From NCBI RefSeq assembly GCF_009914755.1, contig NC_060928.1: a stretch of DNA of 64,000 nucleotides; one strand, given 5' to 3'. The position numbers were made by a program, and so were the translations under genes. The stretch's first letter is position 1, and every line of letters begins with the position of its first letter. The notes under the pieces are model-generated. The model did not search any database, was not told where the DNA came from, and saw only the letters and a list, made by a program, of their open reading frames with translations. Origin of the DNA: the human T2T-CHM13v2.0 reference genome, Homo sapiens. Positions 18,447 through 46,713 of the stretch are shown here, one piece after another.

Positions 18447-18740
18447 GGCGAGGCACGGTGGCTCACACCTGCCACCCTAGCACCTTGGGAGGCTGAAGTG
18501 GGAGGATCCTTGGAGCCCAGGAGTTGGGGACCAGCTTGGGCAACATAGTGAGACCTGTCTCTACAAAAAGCAAACAAAATTAGCTGGGCATGGGGGTGCA
18601 TGCGTGTAGTCCCAGCTACTCAGAAATTGAGGCAGGAGGACTGTTTGAGCCCTGGAGGTAGAAGCTACAGTGAGCCATGATCGCGGCAGTGCGCTCCAGC
18701 CTGGGTGACAGAGTAAGACTCTGGAATAAATAAATAAAAT
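18447..18740 (+). mobile_element. AluJ
   Basis: Diverged Alu consensus. Confidence 0.9.
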
Positions 18741-19511
18741 AGAATTCTCTATGCAACCATTGTCAATGGCATGGACTTGGTTTACATAAAACGAAACCTG
18801 TTTGCCATTCCCGATGCAGATTAAAAAAGGTGACAAAGGTGACCTGGAGAAGGAAGGAGTTGAGGTGAGCTTCAGATGAGATCGGGAGTGATCAGGGTGG
18901 TCTGGCCACAGACTAGCTGAGCTTCAAAGGATAACATCTGGAGAGATAAAGAGGAAAGGACAAAGAGTATGGGGTTCTCTGTATAGAGGAGAGTAGCTGC
19001 GAAGGAGCTGAATGGAGCTCCCCTGGTCCTAGGACAAGGAGGATGCTGGCCTGCCAAGCAGAGAGGGTTGGGTTGGGTGTGGTTGGAGATAAGGGGATAG
19101 GCGGAAGGGTGGGTCTGGGTTATGACTTTGAAATTCCAGGACACCCTGAGGGTTTCAGAGGAGCCTGGAGAACACATTTTAGAAAGGCAACTCTGATAGC
19201 TAGGCACAGATAGGTTGTACAATGGACATGCGCTCAGATACCAGGGTGAAGGCTATGCCAGTAATGATGTGTGTTTTTCCTTTAGGAAAATAAAACTTGT
19301 TTATTATGTAAAATGTATAAATGTCAGAAAAGCAGATATAAAAAAATTAAAATCAGATGTCTACCAACCACAGATGACATTTTGATGTGGTTTCTTACAG
19401 TTTTTTTCCTCCTTCTCTGGCTAGTGCAGTAATTTAGGAATTAACATTATGACTTGAACTAGGAAGATGGTAGTGCGAATGAAGAGGAAAGGCCGTGAAA
19501 GATATCGTTAA

Positions 19512-20321
<810 letters not shown>

Positions 20322-20770
20322 CATACGTCAATGTCTTAACCACTTCTTATTGGAGTCTAATTAAAGGTCAGATGAGATTTTTGAGACCCCCTTCAACTAA
20401 CGTACAGATATGTCTGTGTATATTTAAAGTGAACATCACATATAAATAGAAGTAGTTGTCATAACACCACACAAGATCCCTTGATCTCTAGGCTATACCA
20501 GTAGCTTATAGCCTCTTGCAATCTGCAAAATTTTAGGGGTAGAGTAATTAAACTTTCTATTCTGAGCAGTGTTACAAAGAGGATCTGTAGCTGTAGTTCA
20601 TGGGACAGGATATGAATGGGGCAGTGTAAACAGAGAATTCACTTTCAGACAGGACTCCACCAAGCAGAAATAGCTTCTTCCTAGGAGCCAAAAGGTTTTC
20701 AAAGCCCAATACATCTTTGAAGACTATAAGAAAAACAATAGTAAAAACAGCTGCTAGGGAATACAGATTA

Positions 20771-21103
<333 letters not shown>

Positions 21104-21264
21104 TCAGGTAGGAAAGAGCAATACAAAGACATTCATCAGGCCAATAAGCAAAAGTTTACACCAGAGGTTATCTATACATTTTTAAAAAATACTGATTCCT
21201 GGGCTCCCCTTCAGACCAATTAAATCAGAGTCTCAGTAAGTGTTGTCTGTGAATTGATTTGTCT

Positions 21265-21896
<632 letters not shown>

Positions 21897-22281
21897 GTAA
21901 TTTTTTAAAATTCACAACATGATTGAAACTTGAAACACAAGAAGATGCCCTGGAGAAAAAACAGTTCAAGGGACAGCAGAGCAGCTGGGATCCACACTGT
22001 GCCCTTAGCCACCTGGGTTAAGGGTTACAGCAAGTTCCTTAGTGATGTGGGAGCTAGAGGCCAAAATAGAACCCACCAATACATTTTATAATTGCATATT
22101 ACACTCCGTATAGCTAAAATTCAGGGTGTAGATTCCATGATTTTCAATGCATCCTTTGGTCATTTTCACTGAACTGTGAGTTAGCGAACTCCTGGGGACC
22201 TGGTCAGAATGTCGATGGACATACCTTTTTCTGAGAATCCCTTGGCCCTCTAAGGAGCTGGTAGTTAAAAAATGCAAACTC

Positions 22282-22830
<549 letters not shown>

Positions 22831-22999
22831 TTATTTTCTTAAGACCTCTAGGGTTCCTTACAACTCCAATATTTTAAGATTCCAAGAATCACTGATTACA
22901 CAGGTATAGATGAACAAAAATCAGTGGGTACTGACATGCCTAGACTGAAAGGCCTGGTTTGTGTTCAGCACCTTTTCATACCAGCCTGGTATGGTATTT

Positions 23000-23711
<712 letters not shown>

Positions 23712-24329
23712 TAACTCATTTATTTTGCAGACATAGAAATTTTGTCATTCTTTATGAAAGCAATGCGGCTGTTCTACTGCTACTTCTTGGCAGGCAACAC
23801 CTGCATAGAAACCAATGAGCATGGCTGAAGTGAATGTCAGACATTCTATTTCTGTCTGCCCACGGTGCAGCAACCACTGACACACTTGGGGCAACCTGCT
23901 TTACCCAAAGTGCAGCCCGGGATGAGGCCCCACCTCAGCAGAACTTTGATGCATGTCTAATGACTGGCTTGGAGACCTTGTTCTTGGAAACTACAGGGCT
24001 GACATTTAAGTATCACCCATGAAATTTGCCTCAAGGTTCAACGCTGACATTAGCTACCAATTTCGGCTTCATAACCTTGGAGTATTCTCTTTGCTTTCTA
24101 GAGCATTAAATACCATCCTACAAAGCATAAAGCCATTATTGACCTGTTATTCTGCCAAAAGACACATACACTTTGTTGATGCCCACAATTTTCTTTTTCT
24201 TCCTCTATGGTAGGTCCAGACCTCTTCCGTTTAGGTAGACAGGCCTCCTTTTGTAGGTAATTGTCTGCTTCCCTGCCATGTTATTGGTTGAGTCATGGCT
24301 CATATCCACCTCTCTGCCTTTGCAGTTTT

Positions 24330-25640
<1,311 letters not shown>

Positions 25641-25893
25641 CATCAAGTCTTGGAAAGTTCTTCAGTCTGCATCATAGTGGTAATTATACATTTATGTTTA
25701 TAAACAGCAAAGGACTTCAGGGTTACTTTTGCATAAGTTTTCAATACCAGCAGGCTCCATACCTAAATTAACACTGACGTCAAATTTGATCAGAGATCAG
25801 GCAGAAGGAAAGAAAAGGGAGAGGTCCAGACAAGAGGGTAGTGAATATACTCCCTGGCAAATCTGGATACAGATGAGAAAAGGGATCCAGTAA

Positions 25894-26563
<670 letters not shown>

Positions 26564-27086
26564 ATGTTTCTTATTAACTAAATGTTTAAATGCTCATTCT
26601 TAAACTCTGCTGGGGCCAGGATAGTGGTCTGATTTATCTTTGTATCCCTCACACACTTGTTCCAGTATCTTTTATATGATGGTCCTATGTAGATTTAATT
26701 TAAATCAAATTAAATTATAGGCCACTTTCCCCTTCTTTGTAGTAAAAAGCTACATTGTACAAAATAAACAGTACCAAGTAATGTGTAATGGAAAAAAAAA
26801 TCTCTTCCATTTTCAAGTGAAGAAGCAGAAAACTCGTTTTTAGAAGCTGCCTTTTGGGATTGCCTTGAGCAGCCTGGGGTCATTTTGTGACAGTTCCCTA
26901 CCAGTGGTTGGCCAAGGAAAAGTCAATGTGTTTTAGCTCAGTTGTTTGACCTTTGGGTGTATTTGCTCTTTAGTAAGCATCCCTCATATGGACCACATGA
27001 GTTTTACCTGAAGTCTTAACTGGGTTAGAGTCTGCCTTTTTGAAACAACATGATGAGGAGGCCATTTTCCAAAAGGTGTATCTTCT

Positions 27087-27439
<353 letters not shown>

Positions 27440-27841
27440 TTAGGAAAATCTATTTCTAAGAGATCTGTGACTTCACTAAATGAGCTACAATTCCAAAATA
27501 TGAAGAGCCATTTACCAAAGAAACAATGTCTTCACCAGGCCACGTTTTCCTCCTTTTCAAATGCAACTTGCATTTTCAACTTGTGAGTTAAATAATATCT
27601 ACCTCTTAATTTATTAACTTACTTGGAATGAAAATCTAGGCTATGATTAGTAGGAAAGGGTAAGGACTCCAAATGTTTTACTATTTTTATTTTACTTAAA
27701 GTTCCCATCAGGAGCCCTGTGGTATTTCCTCCTCTAATCTTTCCTACAGATCGCCACCATCTAACTTCAGGTGCCATGTTGATCAAGGAAAATATGCTTG
27801 CTGTGGCTTGAGAAAAATCAAGGCCCCAATCTAAACACTTT

Positions 27842-27930
27842 ACATGGTATGTCTCAAAACATCACTATGTACCTCATGAGTATGTACAATTATCATTTGT
27901 CAATGAAATAAAATAAAATTTAAAAAAGAA
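27842..27930 (+). mobile_element. L1M 3'-end fragment
   Basis: AAACATCACTATGTACCTCATGAGTATGTACAATTATCATTTGTCAAT followed by an A-rich tail. Confidence 0.75.
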
Positions 27931-27975
27931 ATTAACCAAAAGAGAATATAAGAAGGATGTTAAAATTCTTTGTTA

Positions 27976-29441
<1,466 letters not shown>

Positions 29442-30029
29442 TCAAAGCACAAGTAGAGTCAAGTAGCTGGTTCAAGTAGCTGCCTCTGTTCATTCTATTT
29501 AAAGCATTATTTTTTAAATCCTGCCCTTGGTGGGAGAATCGTACACATACATTGACTATGTCGATGATCACCTTTCCTGGATGCCATCAAGGATGCAGAG
29601 ACAAAGAAATGTGGACACATTGTCTGTGAAAACCACCTCTTACTAGAAGCTGATTACCTTCCTTGGGGAGGTAGGTGAGGTAAATTAAGAACATAGATTT
29701 GGGGAGAATTCAAAGGATTAGCAGGGGAGCAATACTTGGGCTCTAACTCTAGGGAATAATGCTGATACACAAGGTAAGATTTCTGTCTGAACCACAAAAA
29801 CAAAAAAATCTGATCATCAGTCTGAAATCAATCTCTTTAAGAGGTTTTAAAGATTCTTCCAGAAATTTGACTAAGTTTTCATTTTACAAGAGACACCTGT
29901 TCTCTGAAGCCTCTCCCTCTCCCTTTCCCTTTCCCCCCATAGCTCATGCTATTCCTTGACCCCAACACTCTCTCCATACTGGGCCCCTGCAAAGGCTGTT
30001 TAATGTAGCCACTGCCGCCTGTCTCCAAT

Positions 30030-30685
<656 letters not shown>

Positions 30686-31052
30686 ATTTACTTGTATCCC
30701 TACAGATCATGTACTATCACCTATAGGGTCTCATAACATGGAGGTTTTGCAAATGTTAAAGTCTGTCTCAATCAGGCAAATGTGGCTTAGGGAATCATGC
30801 CCATTCTGTGGCATTAACTCTCAAGATGCTATTTTTCTGCACATTTAACATGAACATGGATTTGGACTCTGCTTTCACGGATAAATGAACGAGTCACTCT
30901 GGGACATAGCATGGAGTGTTTTCATTGCAAACTCCTACCCGCTGATTGCAGGAGGGGAACCTTGGATAAGTGTCTGATTCTGGGATCTTATGTCTGGAAG
31001 GCTGCTTCATTATCTCACATGGGCTGTTCTGAGTGCCAGCGCCCACTATTTA

Positions 31053-31445
<393 letters not shown>

Positions 31446-32050
31446 ACCTAAATTCTTTCTTTGGTAAGCACAGACTTCTTACTAATCATCTACTCATCAG
31501 ACTATGCATTTCTTACCCTTAAAAATTCAACCCTCTAAAAAGAAAAAAAAAAAAAAAACATTTGTATTGTGTGAAAAATAGAAGGTAGGGAATACTTAAT
31601 GCTGGTCATTTGGGGATTATCAGAGAAATGCTGTATTTCACCAGACCTGTTTGCATAAGGTGCACCGAATTTCAGACATGTTAAATTGTATGTGTGAAGG
31701 GCGGGGGATGCATTCTAGTTGATGATATGCAGTAATGCTACAGGAAGAACCCACCACCAGACATTTTCATGAAATCAGTATTAAAAGAGTTTCACTGAAA
31801 TCATTCAAATACACCTCTGTCATTCTTTTTGGCTGTGGGAGTCCTCTGAGGACATTTGTGCTTACAAACATACAGGGCACTCTGGCCTAGTAAATTAAAC
31901 AAACACAACAACAATACGTTTGTAAAAACAAAAACAAAGGGGGGTGGCAAGGATTAGCATTTTGATGTCGCTATGTGATGTTCACCCACTTTTCTCCCCC
32001 GCCACCGGGTTATGTGCATTTGAGTCATGGTGAAGATGATGCCAACTTAC

Positions 32051-32135
32051 CAAACCTCCTCAGTGAGCCAAGGATTGCTGATCTCTGCTGGGTGACCTGA
32101 CGCAGAGTCTCTTTCCAAGGCCTCCGTTACCTGAG
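32051..32135 (-). other. RBM47: 85-nt internal non-coding (5'UTR) exon
   Basis: Minus strand: acceptor tttttttcatttcacAG|CTCAG and donor TTG|GTAAGT. The exon has no ATG and lies in a repeat-free island. Confidence 0.85.
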
Positions 32136-32429
32136 CTGTGAAATGAAAAAAATAACACTACTGACCCAAAGGCTGGTATTGAGAAGTCCAAAGTTAGTGA
32201 TCACTAAATGGAACTGGGAGAGCGGGTGAGAAGAAGGAACATGGTGTTTTGCTATTATCACAGGCCGTTGTGTGTGCCTGGAACTACAAGGGAAGCTACA
32301 TAACCAGGCAATATAGGAAATCTCCACTGGTCACATCATTTTGCCAGCTCTGCAAGACTATTCCGTTTCATATTAATTAAAAGACACTCAAGGAAAGAAA
32401 ATCTTACTATGACAAAGAGAGAAAGGAGA

Positions 32430-33341
<912 letters not shown>

Positions 33342-33419
33342 AAGAGAAAGAGAGGGAGAGAAGAGGAAATGTATAAAAAGTGGACTAACAGGGAGGGGAA
33401 GCTCACAGGTTTGACCAGG

Positions 33420-33620
33420 TGCTCGAAACTCCACTCTACTGCTTGCTAGCTGGTTGATCTTGGGCATTTTACTCAGCCTCTCTGAACCTCTGAGTTTTTC
33501 TCATCTAATATGGGCCTAATAGTACCCATTTGTTGGAGACATTGTGACAAGAGATATGAAGCCTTTGGGGCCTAGCACACAGAGAAAATGTTCAATGAAG
33601 GGCGGCTATGATTATTATGT
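33420..33620 (+). mobile_element. MIR
   Basis: GATCTTGGGCATTTTACTCAGCCTCTCTGAACCTC core. Confidence 0.7.
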
Positions 33621-33788
33621 TCATTTAAAATTCTTTCTGCAGAGGCACATTAAATTCAAAATCATTTAAATCACTATGAGTTGTGTTAGTTTTAAATGTT
33701 CCTTCACCTTGGAAGCCCTCTACAGCTGGCTTTTCTGCCTATACACAAATAATATTCTCTAACAATTCAGTTTCATATTTTTAAGTAA

Positions 33789-34065
<277 letters not shown>

Positions 34066-34824
34066 AAGTAAATACTTTTGATTAGCTAGGTTCAGTGTAG
34101 AAGATTTTATTATACTACTGTTCCACCAAGAATAAATAAAGCTGTGACAAATGTCTCATTCCTGCGATCCCCTCCAAGAAAGACTACAACGTACCTCTTG
34201 GATAAGAAAATACTGGGCTATGCTAACTCCTGCAGTCCAGCTCAGTAATCATTTGTTCCAAAGTTCTTCCCAATGCAATGGCCAAATTAACTAAGGTTGA
34301 GCTTCTGATTAACATACAGTGCTGGAAGGAACTTTGACCCACAGAAACCTGGCATTTGACTTGCTTCGGTGAGTCCAACCTGTGTCACGAGTGCCTGTTT
34401 CAAGGGTAATAAAGGACCTGGCTGTTTGCTTACAGCAAATGGAGGTGGTGCCATGTCATTATACAGCTTTTACCTCTCCTGTCCACCTAACCCTTGGCAA
34501 ATAAAGTCTGCAGCCCACACATCAGTTTTTGGAGTGATAGAATGAAAAAGGGTATGGATTTCCAAACTGAAAAGCACCTAAGTTCTACCTGGCATTCTGA
34601 CTAAATGTTAGCTGCTTAAGAAACATGAATATGGTACCAAGATCAAAGGGACCAGAGTAGAGATCAGGTGTTTGAGCAGGTGCATATTATAACCATCCAA
34701 ATTGTGCCTCAGTGAACAAACTGCTCTCTCTGCTAGCTCCTGGGTTCCCTTTTAGTGACATGTTATAAAACAGGAATCAGATGCAAGGAACAGACCACAG
34801 TACTAGAGAGTTCATGTCTCTTCC

Positions 34825-35226
34825 TGTTCTAGGATATACAGTGCCCCTCCCTGCCCTGCCAAATTCATAAATTCAAGGTCTAACCCCTAGTATCTCACAA
34901 TGTGACTATATTTGGAGACAGGGTCTTTAAATGGGTAATTAAGATTAAATGAGGTCACGGGGATGGGCCCTAATGCAATATAACCAGTGTCTTCATAAGA
35001 AGAGGAAATTCAGACACAGACAACACAGACCGAGGGATGACTGTGTGAGGGCACAGTGAGTGGGCAGCCATCTGCAAGCCAGGCAGAAAAGCCTCCAGGT
35101 AAACAAACCCTGCTGTCACCTTGATCTTGGACTTCCAGCCTCCACAACCATGAGAAAATAAATGTCTGCTGTTAAAGCCACTTGGTCCATGGTATTTTGT
35201 TATGGCAGCCTAAACAAAGAAATACA
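34825..35226 (+). mobile_element. MaLR solo LTR, MLT1A-like
   Basis: AATGTGACTATATTTGGAGACAGGGTCTTTAAA...CACCTTGATCTTGGACTTCCAGCCTCC...GTATTTTGTTATGGCAGCC...AATACA. Confidence 0.88.
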
Positions 35227-35499
35227 CTGCCCCTCCCCACATCCCCCAACCTCATCTCCCAGGACCAGATGAGTCGCAGATGAGTAAGGAGGTCAAGGGC
35301 ATGATAATCAGAGTGGATTAACTGTGCAATTAAACAGTGGTAAACAGGAGAGCACATGCTCTATCCAAAGGTATCAAATTCAAAAAACTTAAAATACTAT
35401 GAGGCCATACAAAAGACGGCTATGGCTTGATGATGCCCTTCAGGTTGCAATTCCTGAGCTAAACCATTACAGTATGATATTTAAAAACACCCATTATTA

Positions 35500-36210
35500 A
35501 TGCTTTCAACAAATATGAAATGAATGCCTCCTACAGGCCAGGCCCTATGCCAGGCAATGGCAATAGCAGTGGTGAATATGTTCTCTGCCTTTGTGGTATT
35601 ACAGTGTGGATAGTGAGTCCAGGTGCTGAGCTGGGCTAGAAATGTCAAGTTGAGAAGACAAAGTCATTGCCCTCCAGGAGGGTACAGATTAGTGGAGCAC
35701 AGAGTTGGGACGAGACCATTATAAAACAACGTGACACCAGCTCTAATCCACAAGGGGCCCTGGAAGCTGGGAAGAAGATGATCCCATGTCTGTGTCAATC
35801 AGGGAACATGTGAGCCAAGTCCTGAAGGATGAATAACAGTTTACCCGGCAGACACATCTGAAAGACAAGAGGGCATTTTCCAGACAGAACAGTCAGTTCC
35901 TGGTGCAGGGACATAAGAGCGTACAGGATCTCTGGAGAACGACAATGAGCTGAGCACAGCCAGGGTGAAGACGGGCAGGGGAGAGCAACAGGACGTGCCG
36001 CTGCCAAGGCAAGGAACCAGGAGCCCACATTTGATTGCCGAGGGAGCCATCGGAGAATTTTAATCAGGAAGGTGACATCACCAGAACTGCATGTTAGAAG
36101 GATCACTCTGACCACAATGCAGAGGAGGGCTAAAGGCAGGGCGACCTGTCTGGAGACAAAGAAGGCAGGAAATAGGGAAACAGACATAGGGATGCTTGCC
36201 GGTCAAGGTC
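35500..36210 (-). mobile_element. L2 fragments
   Basis: TTCAACAAATAT...TGCCTCCTAC...GCCAGGC and AGAAGGATCACTCTG motifs. Confidence 0.6.
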
Positions 36211-36297
36211 AGTCATCATGGCGTTCAGCTGCAGCCACGGGTGACACTGCCCAAGGGCATTATGTAGGGAAAGAGAAGCCCTGGCTTTTAAATCTGA

Positions 36298-37603
<1,306 letters not shown>

Positions 37604-37904
37604 GTAATAAATGTTAAATACAGCAGAAATAAATATTAAAGAACAAATGGGAAATTAATGATTGTTCAGTTAATGACAGTTCTCCCTCTCCATGAATATT
37701 AGCCAGAGGATAACCACCACCACAGCCACAAAGGGTCAAACCCAACAGAGCTGTCTTGGAACGAAGCTGGGTTTGATTTCCTTGCATCTCTCCCGAATTC
37801 TCACATGGTCTCCTACACAAGACCATAAATTTTGTGCATGATCATTACTTTAAAGTTATAAAATGCTTTGTGTCAGGTAAAATGTTCTCAACGATTAAAG
37901 ATTA

Positions 37905-38385
<481 letters not shown>

Positions 38386-39211
38386 ATTGAAGGGACGGAA
38401 GATAGAGGAAAAAGGGATTCAAGGGGAAATGGGTATTTATATTCCAGAGAAGGAAAAAATAGATATGCATGAAGAAACTCGTCTTAAAACTTTTAATTTC
38501 CAAAATCATTCTCTCTTTGAATAGATGAAACTGTCAAGGAATGCAAAAAAAAAAAAACTTCCTTATGCAAGAAACATTTTGAAAAATTTAGACATCTTCC
38601 CCCTCTCATTATCCTGTAACTAACAAACAGCACTTTTTTACCCCTAGGTTCACTGAACAAGCTGCCCTCTTGTGGTTCTGATATATTTCCTGAGCACAAA
38701 AGTGGGCTGTTAGGAAGCTGTGTAGGTAGCAAGCCCAGCCTGCCCACAAATATTTGTCAAGGTAACTGAGAGTGAATGTTCTGACCTGCTTCTACATGAG
38801 AGGTATACACACATCACTATGGGCTTGGGTCACAGTTACAAAAGAATGAAGAAAATACGGTGGCCACAAAATACATATGGTTCGAGGCTGACAAATTCAA
38901 AAGACAATTTAATCTCTGTTTACTTTGCTGCTTAATTTTAAGGCCCTTTAGTACATACTTTCACTTTTGCAACGTGGAATCAGCATATCAGAAGCAAGCA
39001 CGTCTCAAACAAGGTCAGGGCAAAGAAAGCAGAACTGCAAACTCCGATTCTACCATCTGTGAATATATTCAATATTCCCAAGATATCTTTGTACAAAGAA
39101 AGAAAACAACAAAACAAAGTAAACAAATAGTACCTAATAAAAACAATCCTGCATTTTATTAACATTGGCAAGCAGAATCCAGATCTCTAATAAAATAACA
39201 AGCACTTTTAA

Positions 39212-40121
<910 letters not shown>

Positions 40122-40199
40122 TCATCTAGTCCAGATCCTGCAGTAGCAGGTGGGCTAAATTAATTTGAACCAGGGGTAGACTCATTTCTGTATATGGCT

Positions 40200-41380
<1,181 letters not shown>

Positions 41381-41419
41381 ATAAAATATCCCCTGGTTGG
41401 AGAGATAATAAGCCCTTAA

Positions 41420-41910
41420 TCAAACCTGTTCCAAGACTTTTACTATCAACAAGCTAAAAAGCCCATGTCCTTTACTTGAATTCAGAGTGCTGAACAGTGG
41501 TTGGCCAGCAACCTCTACTAAGAAGTTCTTTGCGATCAGAGACATTTGAAGGTAAAATAGGGCCTTCGTCGTAAGATGAGCCAGCCAGCCCTTTTGTCCT
41601 GAAACTGAGTACGCAAGTGCAGAGAGGTTACCTGGTTTCTCCAAGCTCACATAGAAATGGTGAACATCAGGAGACGCGGGACCACTTAAAGGATGCACAG
41701 TCCCGTATTCATCTCCGCAACCCCAGGACCCAGCACGGTGCCTGGTGCAAAGAATGCACTCAGTGGGATTGCGCCCAGGGAACGAATGCTCTCTAAGGCC
41801 TCATTCAACTGAACTGTACTTCCTCTCATTACTGTCCCAATGATAACTTCCTATCCGAGAACCATTTCCAGTCACTTGAGTCATGCGTCATTTACTTCCT
41901 GTCCTCTGTC
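41420..41910. promoter_or_regulatory. Candidate intronic enhancer
   Basis: AP-1 TGAGTCA (41877-41883) abutting TGCGTCA (41884-41890), ETS ACTTCCTGT (41894-41902), GRHL-like AACCTGTT (41423-41430), locally raised CpG content. Confidence 0.45.
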
Positions 41911-42359
41911 CTTTTAAAGTGCAGTTTGACAACATACCAGGCACAACAGTAACATCTGGGGGCTGCTTTGCTTCTAACGTAAGTCAAATAGCCCAGCATG
42001 GAAAATACCTAGGAAAAAAGTGGGATATGCAAAGCAAACCTCAAAAAAAAAAAAAAAAAAAGACAAAAGCTGGTGGGCTGGCCACGGTGTCACAAATGAA
42101 GTCTCCAGTGGCTTCATCATAACAAGTAAGTTTACTTTATGAAAGCTCACACTTGCATGGTGCCTTCTGTTCTCAGCACTTTATATATATATGCTCTCAT
42201 TGAATTCTTTCCAAGATGTACATCTCACCTGTAAGAGGCACTACAACTCTGAAAAACCAAGTAATTTTTAGAAATAATTCAGCATTCTTTCTGATTGCTC
42301 TAGAGGAAGAAAAAAAATTTTAAAGAAATAATTTAGCAGCAAAATCCGACGCTCTAGTT

Positions 42360-43003
<644 letters not shown>

Positions 43004-43034
43004 CCTGACTTTCTAGTTTCTAATGAGACTCTCT

Positions 43035-43235
43035 ACAGCCTTCGTTTCTTGCAGCATGTCTGAGTGTCCATTCGCTCTGCTGAAGAAATAGTGATGGGTG
43101 TGATCAAGGAATACTGCCTGAGATGAGTGGTATTAAGCAACACAGGGTACGTGCAACATATTATCTTTCTAAAATCTGAAATGTTCTGGCTTCTAAAACA
43201 CATCTGACCCAATGGGTTTCGACAAGGATTTCTCA
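43035..43235. mobile_element. Ancient Tigger-like MITE remnant
   Basis: AAAATCTGAAATGTTCTG...AAAACACATCTGACCCAATGGGTTTC resembles old Tigger termini (from memory). Confidence 0.45.
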
Positions 43236-43642
43236 CTTATATTAATGCAGAGAAGTAACTTGCCCACATCACACACCTAGTAACTGGCAACGCTAGGACT
43301 GCAATCAGGCAGCCTAATTCTGCAGGCCATGCCTGCGGCCGCCACATCATCCTGCCTCTCTCATGAATGATGGGAATGTGATCTGAAAGTCAGTGATTCC
43401 TCAACTGTTTTTCTGATGTGGGTCCCAGAAATAGAATTCGGAAAGATGAACAGCCAAGGTGGCCTTGTGCTGTCACCTGTGAAGGCAATTTGGACCAGCG
43501 ATGACACCAGGTGAGTTAGGGCACAGAACAGCTGACTTCCCAGAAGTCATGGCCACTTTCGGGAAAATGGCATCCAGAGGCTTGGAGATCAAAACTTTTG
43601 CCTCCTTGAACATCTTCCCCAGGAGCCTCTGGGAAACACTGA

Positions 43643-43971
<329 letters not shown>

Positions 43972-44149
43972 TAATACATTCTTTTTAAGATTACACTATG
44001 AGGTTAAGTAATCTTCATTACTTAATGAAGATTAAGGTGCAGTAGGTCATGCCTGTAATCCCAGCACTTTGGGAGGCCAAGGTAGGAGGATCACGATCAC
44101 ACCACTGCACTCCAGATTGGGTGACAAAGTGAGACTCTGTCTCAAAAAT

Positions 44150-44216
44150 AAAGTAATTGCAGTTTTTGCTATTACTTTTAATGGCAAAAACCGCAATTAC
44201 TTTTGCACCAAACTAA
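44150..44216. mobile_element. MADE1 (Hsmar1-derived MITE), left tip missing
   Basis: AAAGTAATTGCAGTTTTTGCTATTACTTTTAATGGCAAAAACCGCAATTACTTTTGCACCAAACTAA followed by TA. Confidence 0.92.
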
Positions 44217-44240
44217 TACATTCTTTTTAAGATTATACTA

Positions 44241-44651
<411 letters not shown>

Positions 44652-44809
44652 TCATTAAAAATTGATATTTCCCTAATGTCCAGAATGCAGAGCAATTATA
44701 ATTTATGCTTCAACTTTTCTGTCCCCTAAATTCATTATTGGTGGAAGTAAAAGATGCTGATCATTTGGGCCCACAGTGTGCTTACTTGGCTAAGTCCTTG
44801 GGGTTACCT

Positions 44810-45420
<611 letters not shown>

Positions 45421-46032
45421 TATAGAATTTTACAATAAAAAATCAGAGGTTCCTCAGCAGACAAACACAAGGCCTTCTCCCACCTCTGAGTTGTGAAATT
45501 GTTATTGCCTAGGCAATCCTATTTGGCAATTTATCATATGTTGCTCAGTGACCTGTTATCTTTATAGTTGTGGATTGTTGCTTAATTTTCTTATTCTTTT
45601 TTAATGTGTACTCTGGTTAGATCTTGTCTTCCCAAGCAGATTATAAGCACATCTCAGTGTAAATTACATCGTCCTGAATTCCTCAAAGCTCCCATAGTGG
45701 AGTTTTGCACCTAATCTTTTTACACTGTTGCTTCATTTTGTGCTCAAAACAGATATTATTATTCTCATTTTTTGCAGATGGAGAAAACTGAAGCTCAGAG
45801 AAATAAGTGACTCACAGTTTGTATAAGTTGATATTTGAAATTTGGGATTTCTCCTCTTAAATTACAGATATCTCATTAACACAGGCTCAGAAATCATTTT
45901 TTCTCCCTGTGAACTTTTGGTCTGTCATTTGCTTTAACTTAAACTATATCGAATTCTGTGACTTTTAACATTTAGACATTCATTTACTCAATCATTTATT
46001 GAATGAGTAAATGTCTAAAAAATATGTACTGA

Positions 46033-46637
<605 letters not shown>

Positions 46638-46713
46638 AATGTGTACTAAGCCCCTCCTATGTTCCAAGCACTGTGCTAGTGATTGTGGTGAATAGGGCAG
46701 ATCCAGCCTTTAT

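Noticed and set aside
19074-19119. G-rich tract GGGTTGGGTTGGG...GGGG...GGGTGGG
   Set aside because: A canonical four-tract G-quadruplex would need a long loop, and the tract is not on the inferred mRNA strand.
32193-32199. Branch-point-like CACTAAC upstream of the 85-nt exon
   Set aside because: Several AG dinucleotides lie between it and the acceptor, so the assignment is doubtful.
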